NCBI GenBank assembly: GCA_965655095.1
Contig: OZ296658.1
Coordinates: 17,484,001-17,548,000, forward strand
DNA: 64,000 nt
Direction: 5' to 3'
DNA from: Haplodiscus bocki
Lineage: Eukaryota
This document shows positions 22,279 through 34,100 of this stretch, in pieces. The notes under the pieces are model-generated. The model saw nothing but the letters and a program-made list of their open reading frames with translations. It ran no database searches and was not told the DNA's origin. Each line of letters starts with the position of its first letter. Within the stretch, counting starts at the first letter, position 1. A program made the translations under genes and the position numbers.

Positions 22279-23010
22279 TTGGAATGATTTTCCTATTTTG
22301 TGTTCTATCAGAAACGGAGTTCTCAGTAGACTTTTCTGTTTGTTAGCGAAGCACTTCTCTCGAAAAGAATCGAAGTGCTGGCACCCACATATATCATACT
22401 AGCTTTAGCAACGGGGCTGTAACCAACTGAGCTATTGAAAAATGACGTGTTTTTTGACAAGCGGTCATCGCATCTGGATTTTCCCTTACGTTTTCTGACT
22501 TGACTAGAAAGGTAATGATGCCAGTGAATCTGAAAGTGCTGACTGTCTCAAATTCGGTACTTTCTGTAAGTAAGGAGTCTAATACAATTGAGTTGAGTTC
22601 AAGTTGATCAAAACCCTATTTTTAAATTGAGTCAAATCGGAAGTATATCTATCGCTAGAATTTTCATGCTGAAAGGCAAAACATTTCTCAAAAGTGGTCA
22701 CGGAGTGCCAACATCTGCACATCTCAAACTGTTTATACGTACGCCGTTGTAGGCGAGTCTTCAACTGGAGGTTGACAAGTAACGTTTAGAATCTGTCACA
22801 CTGCGCAAACATCCTCCTTTACTGTTTCTCTCCGGTTACCGAAAAGTGTTGCCCCCGGTCAGGCTGACACTGTCGATTTCCTTCCATCGCGTAGTGCCTG
22901 TTGGTACGAAAGATCCGACCAACGAGGGTACCCTAGCTTTTTTCAACTGATTCAGTCTGCCCCCTGATTATCACATTTCTCACCACAGTTTCTTCCTTCA
23001 CAAAAAGTGT

Positions 23011-23097
23011 TGCTCCCGGGCAGGTTCGAACTGCCGACTTCCGCATATCTCGTACTGTCTATAAGTACGGTGCTCTAATCAACTGAGCTACGGGAGC
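23011..23097 (-). tRNA. tRNA-Ile-TAT: tRNA-Ile(UAU), intron-containing, near-intact (D-loop GG to GA)
   Basis: Single change from the intact copy, in the conserved D-loop GG / A box. Confidence 0.6.
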
Positions 23098-23832
23098 TTG
23101 GAATGATTTTCCTATTTTGTGTTCTATCAGAAACGAAGTTCTCAGTAGACTTTTCTGTTTGGTGTCGAAGCGCTTCTCTCGAAAAGAATCGAAGCGCTGG
23201 CACCCACATATATCATACTAGCTTTAGCAACGGGGCTGTAACCAACTGAACTATTGAAAAATGACGTGTTTTTTGACAAGCGGTCATCGCATCTGGATTT
23301 TCCCTTACGTTTTCTGACTTGACTAGAAAGGTAATGATGCCAGTGAATCTGAAAGTGCTGACTGTCTCAAATTCGGTACTTTCTGTAAGTAAGGAGTCTA
23401 ATACATTTGAGTTGAGTTCAAGTTGATCAAAACCCTATTTTTAAATTGAGTCAAATGGGAAGTATATCTATCGTTAGAATTTTCATGCTGAAAGGCAAAA
23501 CATTTCTCAAAAGTGGTCACGGAGTGCCAACTTCTGCACATCTCAAACTGTTTATACGTACGCCGTTGTAGGCGAGTCTTCAACTGGAGGTTGACAAGTA
23601 ACGTTTAGAATCTGTCACACTGCGCAAACATCCTCCTTTACTGTTTCTCTCCGGTTACCGAAAAGTGTTGCCCCCGGTCAGGCTGACACTGTCGATTTCC
23701 TTCCATCGCGTAGTGCCTGTTGGTACGAAAGATCCGACCAACGAGGGTACCCTAGCTTTTTTCAACTGATTCAGTCTGCCCCCTGATTATCAGATTTCTC
23801 ACCACAGTTTCTTCCGTCACAAAAAGTTTTGT

Positions 23833-23919
23833 TGCTCCCGGGCAGGTTTGAGCTGCCGACTTCCGCATTACTCGTACTGTCTATAAGTACGGTGCTCTAA
23901 CCAACTGACCTACGGGAGC
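23833..23919 (-). pseudogene. Variant-B tRNA-Ile(UAU) pseudogene (also 25514, 27195, 28876, 36355, 37177, 37999; related forms at 33065, 33887, 34709, 35531)
   Basis: T-loop CTCAAAC instead of TTCGAAC and a D-stem GGTC/GAGC mismatch; anticodon TAT and intron retained. Confidence 0.8.
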
Positions 23920-24682
23920 TTGGAAAGTTTTCTCTACTTTGTGTTTTATCAGAAACGGACTTCTCAGTAGAATTTTCTGTTTGGTGGCGAAGCACTTCTG
24001 TTGAGAAGAATCGAAGTGCTGGCATCCACATATACCATACTACCAATAGTAATGGGGCTGTAATCAACTGAGCTATTGCAAAATGACGTGTTTTTTAACA
24101 AGCGGTCATCGCATCTGGATTTTCTTCTACGTTTTCTGACTTGTCTAAAAACGGAATGGTGCTGGTCAATCTGAAAGTGCCGATTGTCCCAAATTCGGTA
24201 CTGGCTGTAAGTAAGGACCCTAAAACAATTGAGTTGAAGTCAAGGGGACCACAACACTTTTTTTACAATTAGTCAAATCGGAAGTAAAACTATCGTTAGA
24301 ATTTTTTTGCTGAAAAGAGAAACAATTCTTGAAAGTATTCGCGAAGTGGCAACTTCTGCACATCTCAGACTGTCTATAGGTACACCGTTGTACTGCACAT
24401 CTCAGACTGTCTATGGGTACACCGTTGTATCCGAATCTCCGACTGGAGGTTGACATGTAACGTTTACAATCTGTCGCAGTGCGAAAACGTCGTCCATTAC
24501 CTTTTCTGTTCGGTGACCGAAAGGTGTTGTGCTGGCCCTGCTGACCCTGCCAATTTCCTTTCATCGCATACTGCCTTTTGATTGGTACGAAAGATCCGAC
24601 CAGAGAGGGTACTCTGGCTCTTTTCAACAGTTACAGTCTGTCCCCTGGTTATCACATTTCTCACCACAGTTTCTTCCTTCAC

Positions 24683-24687
24683 AAAAA
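24683..24687 (-). terminator. Pol III oligo(T) terminator (representative; same position after the other intact copies)
   Basis: Minus strand ...GGGAGCA ACAC TTTTT GTG. Confidence 0.8.
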
Positions 24688-24691
24688 GTGT

Positions 24692-24778
24692 TGCTCCCGG
24701 GCAGGTTCGAACTGCCGACTTCCGCATATCTCGTACTGTCTATAAGTACGGTGCTCTAACCAACTGAGCTACGGGAGC
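24692..24778 (-). tRNA. tRNA-Ile-TAT: tRNA-Ile(UAU) with 13-nt intron, intact
   Basis: GCTCCCG TA GCTC AGTTGGTTA GAGC A CCGTA CT-TAT-A [GACAGTACGAGAT] A TGCGG AAGTC GGCAG TTCGAAC CTGCC CGGGAGC A. All four stems pair, A and B boxes are canonical, the intron follows position 37, and TTTTT lies 4 nt downstream. Confidence 0.95.
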
Positions 24779-26372
24779 TTGGAATGATTTTCCTATTTTG
24801 TGTTCTATCAGAAACGAAGTTCTCAGTAGACTTTTCTGTTTGGTGTCGAAGCGCTTCTCTCGAAAAGAATCGAAGTGCTGGCACCCACATATATCATACT
24901 AGCTTTAGCAACGGGGCTGTAACCAACTGAGCTATTGAAAAATGACGTGTTTTTTGACAAGCGGTCATCGCATCTGGATTTTCCCTTACGTTTTCTGACT
25001 TGACTAGAAAGGTAATGATGCCAGTGAATCTGAAAGTGCTGACTGTCTCAAATTCGGTACTTTCTGTAAGTAAGGAGTCTAATACATTTGAGTTGAGTTC
25101 AAGTTGATCAAAACCCTATTTTTAAATTGAGTCAAATGGGAAGTATATCTATCGTTAGAATTTTCATGCTGAAAGGCAAAACATTTCTCAAAAGTGGTCA
25201 CGGAGTGCCACCTTCTGCACATCTCAAACTGTTTATACGTACGCCGTTGTAGGCGAGTCTTCAACTGGAGGTTGACAAGTAACGTTTAGAATCTGTCACA
25301 CTGCGCAAACATCCTCCTTTACTGTTTCTCTCCGGTTACCGAAAAGTGTTGCCCCCGGTCAGGCTGACACTGTCGATTTCCTTCCATCGCGTAGTGCCTG
25401 TTGGTACGAAAGATCCGACCAACGAGGGTACCCTAGCTTTTTTCAACTGATTCAGTCTGCCCCCTGATTATCAGATTTCTCACCACAGTTTCTTCCGTCA
25501 CAAAAAGTTTTGTTGCTCCCGGGCAGGTTTGAGCTGCCGACTTCCGCATTACTCGTACTATCTATAAGTACGGTGCTCTAACCAACTGACCTACGGGAGC
25601 TTGGAAAGTTTTCTCTACTTTGTGTTTTATCAGAAACGGACTTCTCAGTAGAATTTTCTGTTTGGTGGCGAAGCACTTCTGTTGAGAAGAATCGAAGTGC
25701 TGGCATCCACATATACCATACTACCAATAGTAATGGGGCTGTAATCAACTGAGCTATTGCAAAATGACGTGTTTTTTAACAAGCGGTCATCGCATCTGGA
25801 TTTTCTTCTACGTTTTCTGACTTGTCTAAAAACGGAATGGTGCTGGTCAATCTGAAAGTGCCGATTGTCCCAAATTCGGTACTGGCTGTAAGTAAGGACC
25901 CTAAAACAATTGAGTTGAAGTCAAGGGGACCACAACACTTTTTTTACAATTAGTCAAATCGGAAGTAAAACTATCGTTAGAATTTTTTTGCTGAAAAGAG
26001 AAACAATTCTTGAAAGTATTCGCGAAGTGGCAACTTCTGCACATCTCAGACTGTCTATAGGTACACCGTTGTACTGCACATCTCAGACTGTCTATGGGTA
26101 CACCGTTGTATCCGAATCTCCGACTGGAGGTTGACATGTAACGTTTACAATCTGTCGCAGTGCGAAAACGTCGTCCATTACCTTTTCTGTTCGGTGACCG
26201 AAAGGTGTTGTGCTGGCCCTGCTGACCCTGCCAATTTCCTTTCATCGCATACTGCCTTTTGATTGGTACGAAAGATCCGACCAGAGAGGGTACTCTGGCT
26301 CTTTTCAACAGTTACAGTCTGTCCCCTGGTTATCACATTTCTCACCACAGTTTCTTCCTTCACAAAAAGTGT

Positions 26373-26459
26373 TGCTCCCGGGCAGGTTCGAACTGCCGAC
26401 TTCCGCATATCTCGTACTGTCTATAAGTACGGTGCTCTAACCAACTGAGCTACGGGAGC
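26373..26459 (-). tRNA. tRNA-Ile-TAT: tRNA-Ile(UAU) with 13-nt intron, intact
   Basis: Identical to 24692-24778, with T5 terminator. Confidence 0.95.
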
Positions 26460-28053
26460 TTGGAATGATTTTCCTATTTTGTGTTCTATCAGAAACGAAG
26501 TTCTCAGTAGACTTTTCTGTTTGGTGTCGAAGCGCTTCTCTCGAAAAGAATCGAAGTGCTGGCACCCACATATATCATACTAGCTTTAGCAACGGGGCTG
26601 TAACCAACTGAGCTATTGAAAAATGACGTGTTTTTTGACAAGCGGTCATCGCATCTGGATTTTCCCTTACGTTTTCTGACTTGACTAGAAAGGTAATGAT
26701 GCCAGTGAATCTGAAAGTGCTGACTGTCTCAAATTCGGTACTTTCTGTAAGTAAGGAGTCTAATACATTTGAGTTGAGTTCAAGTTGATCAAAACCCTAT
26801 TTTTAAATTGAGTCAAATGGGAAGTATATCTATCGTTAGAATTTTCATGCTGAAAGGCAAAACATTTCTCAAAAGTGGTCACGGAGTGCCACCTTCTGCA
26901 CATCTCAAACTGTTTATACGTACGCCGTTGTAGGCGAGTCTTCAACTGGAGGTTGACAAGTAACGTTTAGAATCTGTCACACTGCGCAAACATCCTCCTT
27001 TACTGTTTCTCTCCGGTTACCGAAAAGTGTTGCCCCCGGTCAGGCTGACACTGTCGATTTCCTTCCATCGCGTAGTGCCTGTTGGTACGAAAGATCCGAC
27101 CAACGAGGGTACCCTAGCTTTTTTCAACTGATTCAGTCTGCCCCCTGATTATCAGATTTCTCACCACAGTTTCTTCCGTCACAAAAAGTTTTGTTGCTCC
27201 CGGGCAGGTTTGAGCTGCCGACTTCCGCATTACTCGTACTGTCTATAAGTACGGTGCTCTAACCAACTGACCTACGGGAGCTTGGAAAGTTTTCTCTACT
27301 TTGTGTTTTATCAGAAACGGACTTCTCAGTAGAATTTTCTGTTTGGTGGCGAAGCACTTCTGTTGAGAAGAATCGAAGTGCTGGCATCCACATATACCAT
27401 ACTACCAATAGTAATGGGGCTGTAATCAACTGAGCTATTGCAAAATGACGTGTTTTTTAACAAGCGGTCATCGCATCTGGATTTTCTTCTACGTTTTCTG
27501 ACTTGTCTAAAAACGGAATGGTGCTGGTCAATCTGAAAGTGCCGATTGTCCCAAATTCGGTACTGGCTGTAAGTAAGGACCCTAAAACAATTGAGTTGAA
27601 GTCAAGGGGACCACAACACTTTTTTTACAATTAGTCAAATCGGAAGTAAAACTATCGTTAGAATTTTTTTGCTGAAAAGAGAAACAATTCTTGAAAGTAT
27701 TCGCGAAGTGGCAACTTCTGCACATCTCAGACTGTCTATAGGTACACCGTTGTACTGCACATCTCAGACTGTCTATGGGTACACCGTTGTATCCGAATCT
27801 CCGACTGGAGGTTGACATGTAACGTTTACAATCTGTCGCAGTGCGAAAACGTCGTCCATTACCTTTTCTGTTCGGTGACCGAAAGGTGTTGTGCTGGCCC
27901 TGCTGACCCTGCCAATTTCCTTTCATCGCATACTGCCTTTTGATTGGTACGAAAGATCCGACCAGAGAGGGTACTCTGGCTCTTTTCAACAGTTACAGTC
28001 TGTCCCCTGGTTATCACATTTCTCACCACAGTTTCTTCCTTCACAAAAAGTGT

Positions 28054-28140
28054 TGCTCCCGGGCAGGTTCGAACTGCCGACTTCCGCATATCTCGTACTG
28101 TCTATAAGTACGGTGCTCTAACCAACTGAGCTACGGGAGC
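28054..28140 (-). tRNA. tRNA-Ile-TAT: tRNA-Ile(UAU) with 13-nt intron, intact
   Basis: Identical to 24692-24778, with T5 terminator. Confidence 0.95.
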
Positions 28141-31100
28141 TTGGAATGATTTTCCTATTTTGTGTTCTATCAGAAACGAAGTTCTCAGTAGACTTTTCTG
28201 TTTGGTGTCGAAGCGCTTCTCTCGAAAAGAATCGAAGTGCTGGCACCCACATATATCATACTAGCTTTAGCAACGGGGCTGTAACCAACTGAGCTATTGA
28301 AAAATGACGTGTTTTTTGACAAGCGGTCATCGTATCTGGATTTTCCCTTACGTTTTCTGACTTGACTAGAAAGGTAATGATGCCAGTGAATCTGAAAGTG
28401 CTGACTGTCTCAAATTCGGTACTTTCTGTAAGTAAGGAGTCTAATACATTTGAGTTGAGTTCAAGTTGATCAAAACCCTATTTTTAAATTGAGTCAAATG
28501 GGAAGTATATCTATCGTTAGAATTTTCATGCTGAAAGGCAAAACATTTCTCAAAAGTGGTCACGGAGTGCCACCTTCTGCACATCTCAAACTGTTTATAC
28601 GTACGCCGTTGTAGGCGAGTCTTCAACTGGAGGTTGACAAGTAACGTTTAGAATCTGTCACACTGCGCAAACATCCTCCTTTACTGTTTCTCTCCGGTTA
28701 CCGAAAAGTGTTGCCCCCGGTCAGGCTGACACTGTCGATTTCCTTCCATCGCGTAGTGCCTGTTGGTACGAAAGATCCGACCAACGAGGGTACCCTAGCT
28801 TTTTTCAACTGATTCAGTCTGCCCCCTGATTATCAGATTTCTCACCACAGTTTCTTCCGTCACAAAAAGTTTTGTTGCTCCCGGGCAGGTTTGAGCTGCC
28901 GACTTCCGCATTACTCGTACTGTCTATAAGTACGGTGCTCTAACCAACTGACCTACGGGAGCTTGGAAAGTTTTCTCTACTTTGTGTTTTATCAGAAACG
29001 GACTTCTCAGTAGAATTTTCTGTTTGGTGGCGAAGCACTTCTGTTGAGAAGAATCGAAGTGCTGGCATCCACATATACCATACTACCAATAGTAATGGGG
29101 CTGTAATCAACTGAGCTATTGCAAAATGACGTGTTTTTTAACAAGCGGTCATCGCATCTGGATTTTCTTCTACGTTTTCTGACTTGTCTAAAAACGGAAT
29201 GGTGCTGGTCAATCTGAAAGTGCCGATTGTCCCAAATTCGGTACTGGCTGTAAGTAAGGACCCTAAAACAATTGAGTTGAAGTCAAGGGGACCATAACAC
29301 TTTTTTTTACAATTAGTCAAATCGGAAGTAAAACTATCGTTAGAATTTTTTTGCTGAAAAGAGAAACAATTCTTGAAAGTAGTCGCGAAGTGGCAACTTC
29401 TGCACATCTCAGACTGCCTATAGGTATACCGTTGTACTGCACATCCGAAACTGTCTATAGGTACACCGTTGTATGGGAGTCTTCAACTGGAGGTTGACGT
29501 GTAACGTTTAGAATCTGTCAAACTGCAAAAAAATCCTCCCTTAACTTTTCTGATCGGTAACCGAAAGGTGTTGCCCCTGGTCAGGTTGACCTTGTCAATT
29601 TCCTTCCTTTGCATACTGCCTATTGGTACGATAGATCGAACGACCAGGGTACGCTAGCTTTTTCAACTTTAAAAGTCTGTCCCCTGATGATAACATTCCT
29701 CACCACAGTTTCTTCCGTCACAAAAAGTTTTGTTGCTTCCGGGCAGGTTTGAGCTGCCGACTTCCGCATTATTCGTACTGTCTATAAGTGCGACGCTCGA
29801 AGCAATTGAGCTACGGGAGCTCGAAAAGGTACTTTTATATTATGTTCTGTCGGAAACTAAGTTCTCAATAGAGTTTTTTTGTTTGCAGCAAAGCAGTTCT
29901 CGCGGGAGAAATTGAAGTAGCGACATCTACATATACCATAGTGCCAATAAGTACGGGCCTGTAATCAGCTGAGCTAATGAATTGTAACGTGTGTTTTCTA
30001 CAAACTGTGCCATCGCATCATGATTTTTCTCTACGTTTTCTGACTTTTATAAAAATGTTATGGTGCCGGTCAATCTGAAAGTGCCGATTGTCCCAAAATC
30101 GGAACTGTCTGTAAGTCAGGAGTTTTAAACAAGTGAGTTGAAAACAAGTCGACCACAGCCCTATTTTTACATTTAGTCAAATCGGATGTATAACTATCGT
30201 TAAAATTTTTGTACCGAAAGGAAAACATTTCCTAAAAGTTATCGGGAAGTGCCAACTTCTCCACATCTCAGACTGTCTATAGGTACACCGTTGTATCCGA
30301 TTCTCCGACTGGAGGTTGACATGTAACGTTTGGAATCTGTCGCACTGCGAAAACGTCCTCCATTTCCTTCTATGTTCGGTAACCGAAAGGTGTTGTCCTG
30401 GTCCGGCTGACGTTGCCGATTTCCTTTCATTGCTTACTGCCTATTGACTGGTGCGAAAATGCGACCAAAGAAGGTACCCTAGCTTTTTTCGACTGATTCA
30501 GTCTGCCCCCTGACTATCACATTTCTCACCACAGTTTGTTCCGTCACAAAAAGTTTTGTTGCTCCCGGGCAGGTTGGAACTTCCAACTTACGCATATCTC
30601 GTACTGTTTATAAGTACGGTGCTCTAACCAACTGAGCTACGGGAGCGTGGAATGTTTTCTCTACTTTGTGTTTTATCAGAAACGGAGTTCTCAGTAGACT
30701 TTTCTGTTTGGTGTCGAAGCGCTTCTCTCGAAAAGAATCGAAGTGCTGGCATCCACATATATCGTACTAGCTTTAGGAACGGGGCTGTAACCAACTGAGC
30801 TATTGAAAACTGACGTGTTTTCTGACAAGCGGTCATCGCATCTGGATTTTCCCTTACGTTTTCTGACTTGTCTAAAAAGGTAATGATGCCAGTGAATCTG
30901 AAAGTGCTGACTGTGCCAAATTCGGTGCTTTCTGTAAGTAAGGAGTCTAATACAATTGTTTTGAGTTCAAGTTGATCAAAACCCCTTTTTTAAATTGAGT
31001 CAAATCGGAAGTACATCTATTGTTAGAATTTTCATGCTGAAAGGTAAAACATTTCTCAAAAGTGGTCACGGAATGCCAACTTCTGCACATCTCAAACTGT

Positions 31101-34100
31101 TTATACGTACGCCGTTGTAGGCGAGTCTTCAACTGGAGGTTGACAAGTAACGTTTAGAATCTGTCACACTGCGCAAACATCCTCCTTCACTGTTTCTCTC
31201 CTGTTACCGAACAGTGTTGCCCCTGGTCAGGCTGACACTGTCGATTTCCTTCCATCGCGTAGTGCCTGTTGGTACGAAAGATCCGACCAACGAAGGTACC
31301 CTAGCTTTTTTCAACTGATTCAGTCTGCCCCCTGATTATCACATCTCTCACCACAGTGTCTTCTGTCACAAAAAGTTTTGTTGCTCCCGGGCAGGTTGGA
31401 ACTTCCGACTTACGCATATCTCGTACTGTCTATAAGTACGGTTCTCTAACCAACTGACCTACGGGAGCTTGGAATGTTCTCTCTACTTTGTGTTTTATCA
31501 GAAACGGAGTTCTCAGTAGACTTTTCTGTTTGGTGTCGAAGCACTTCTCTCGAAAAGAATCGAAGTGCTGACATCCACATATATCATACTAGTTTTAGCA
31601 ACGGGGCTGTAACCTACTGAGGTATTGAAAAATGACGTGTTTTTTGACAAGCGGTCATCGCACCTGGATTTTCCCTTACGTTTTCTGACTTGTCTAAAAA
31701 GGTAATGATGCCGGTGAATCTGAAAGTGCTGACTGTCACAAATTCAGTGCTTTCTGTAAGTAAGGAGTTTTAAACAAGTGAGTTGAGAACAATTCGACCA
31801 CAACCCTATTTTCACATTTAGTCAATTGGGATGTATAACTATCGTTATAATTTTTGTGCCGAAAAGGAAAACAATTCCTAAAAGTTATCGGGAAGTGCCA
31901 ACTTCTCCACATCTCAGACTGTCTGTAGGTACACCGTTGTACTGCACATCTCAGACTGTCTATGGGTACACCGTTGTATCCGAATCTCCGACTGGAGGTT
32001 GACATGTATCGTTTAGAATCTGTCGCACTGCGAAAACGTCCTCCATTTCCTTCTATATTCGGTAACCGGAAGGTGTTGTCCTGGTCCGGCCGACCTTGCC
32101 GATTTCCTTTCATCGCTTACTGCCTATTGACTGGTGCGAAAATCCGAGCAAAGAGGGTACCCTAGCTTTTTTCAACGGATTCAGTCTGCCCCCTAACTAT
32201 CACATTTCTCACCACAGTTTGTTCCGTCACAAAAAGTTTTGTTGCTCCCGGGCAGGTTGGAACTTCCGACTTACGCATATCTCGTACTGTTTATAAGTAC
32301 GGTGCTCTAACCAACTGAGCTACGGGAGCTTGGAATGTTTTCTCTACTTTGTGTTTTATCAGAAACGGAGTTCTCAGTAGATTTTTCTGTTTGGTGTCGA
32401 AGCGCTTCTCTCGAAAAGAGTCGAAGTGCTGGCATCCACATATATCGTACTAGCTTTAGGAACGGGGCTGTAACCAACTGAGCTATTGAAAAATGACGTG
32501 TTTTTTGACAAGCGGTCATCGCATCTGGATTTTCCCTCACGTTTTCTGACCTGTCTAAAAAGGTAATGATGCCAGTGAATCTCAAAGTGCTGACTGTCTC
32601 AAATTCGGTACTTTCTGTAAGTAAGGAGTCTAATACAATTGAGTTGAGTTCAAGTTGATCAAAACCCTATTTTTAAATTGAGTCAAATCGGAAGTATATC
32701 TATCGTTAGAATTTTCATGCTGAAAGGCAAAACATTTCTCAAAAGTGGTCACGGAGTGCCAACTTCTGCACATCTCAAACTGTTTATACGTACGCCGTTG
32801 TAGGCGAGTCTTCAACTGGAGGTTGACAAGTAACGTTTAGAATCTGTCACACTGCGCAAACATCCTCCTTCACTGTTTCTCTGCGGTTACCGAAAAGTGT
32901 TGCCCCCGGTCCGACTGACACTGTCGATTTCCTTCCATCGCGTAGTGCCTGTTGGTACAAAAGATCCGACCAACGAGGGTACCCAAGCTTTTTTCAACTG
33001 ATTCAGTCTGCCTCCTGATTATCACATTTCTCACCACAGTTTCTTCCGTCACAAAAAGTTTTGTTGCTTCCGGGCAGGTTTGAGCTGCCGACTTCCGCTT
33101 TACTCGTACTGTCTATAAGTACGGTGCTCTAACCAACTGACCTACGGGAGCTTGAAAAGTTTTCTCTACTTTGTGTTTTATCAGAAACGGAGTTCTCAGT
33201 AGACTTTTCTGTTTGGTGTCGAAGCGCTTCTCTCGAAAAGAATCGAAGTGCTGGCATCCACATATATCGTACTAGCTTTAGGAACGGGGCTGTAACCAAC
33301 TGAGCTATTGAAAACTGACGTGTTTTCTGACAAGCGGTCATCGCATCTGGATTTTCCCTTACGTTTTCTGACTTGTCTAAAAAGGTAATGATGCAAGTGA
33401 ATCTGAAAGTGCTGACTGTGCCAAATTCGGTGCTTTCTGTAAGTAAGGAGTCTAATACAATTGAGTTGAGTTCAAGTTGATCAAAACCCTATTTTTAAAT
33501 TGAGTCAAATCGGAAGTATATCTATCGTTAGAATTTTCATGCTGAAAGGCAAAACATTTCTCAAAAGTGGTCACGGAGTGCCAACTTCTGCACATCTCAA
33601 ACTGTTTATACGTACGCCGTTGTAGGCGAGTCTTCAACTGGAGGTTGACAAGTAACGTTTAGAATCTGTCACACTGCGCAAACATCCTCCTTCACTGTTT
33701 CTCTGCGGTTACCGAAAAGTGTTGCCCCCGGTCCGACTGACACTGTCGATTTCCTTCCATCGCGTAGTGCCTGTTGGTACAAAAGATCCGACCAACGAGG
33801 GTACCCAAGCTTTTTTCAACTGATTCAGTCTGCCTCCTGATTATCACATTTCTCACCACAGTTTCTTCCGTCACAAAAAGTTTTGTTGCTTCCGGGCAGG
33901 TTTGAGCTGCCGACTTCCGCTTTACTCGTACTGTCTATAAGTACGGTGCTCTAACCAACTGACCTACGGGAGCTTGAAAAGTTTTCTCTACTTTGTGTTT
34001 TATCAGAAACGGAGTTCTCAGTAGACTTTTCTGTTTGGTGTCGAAGCGCTTCTCTCGAAAAGAATCGAAGTGCTGGCATCCACATATATCGTACTAGCTT

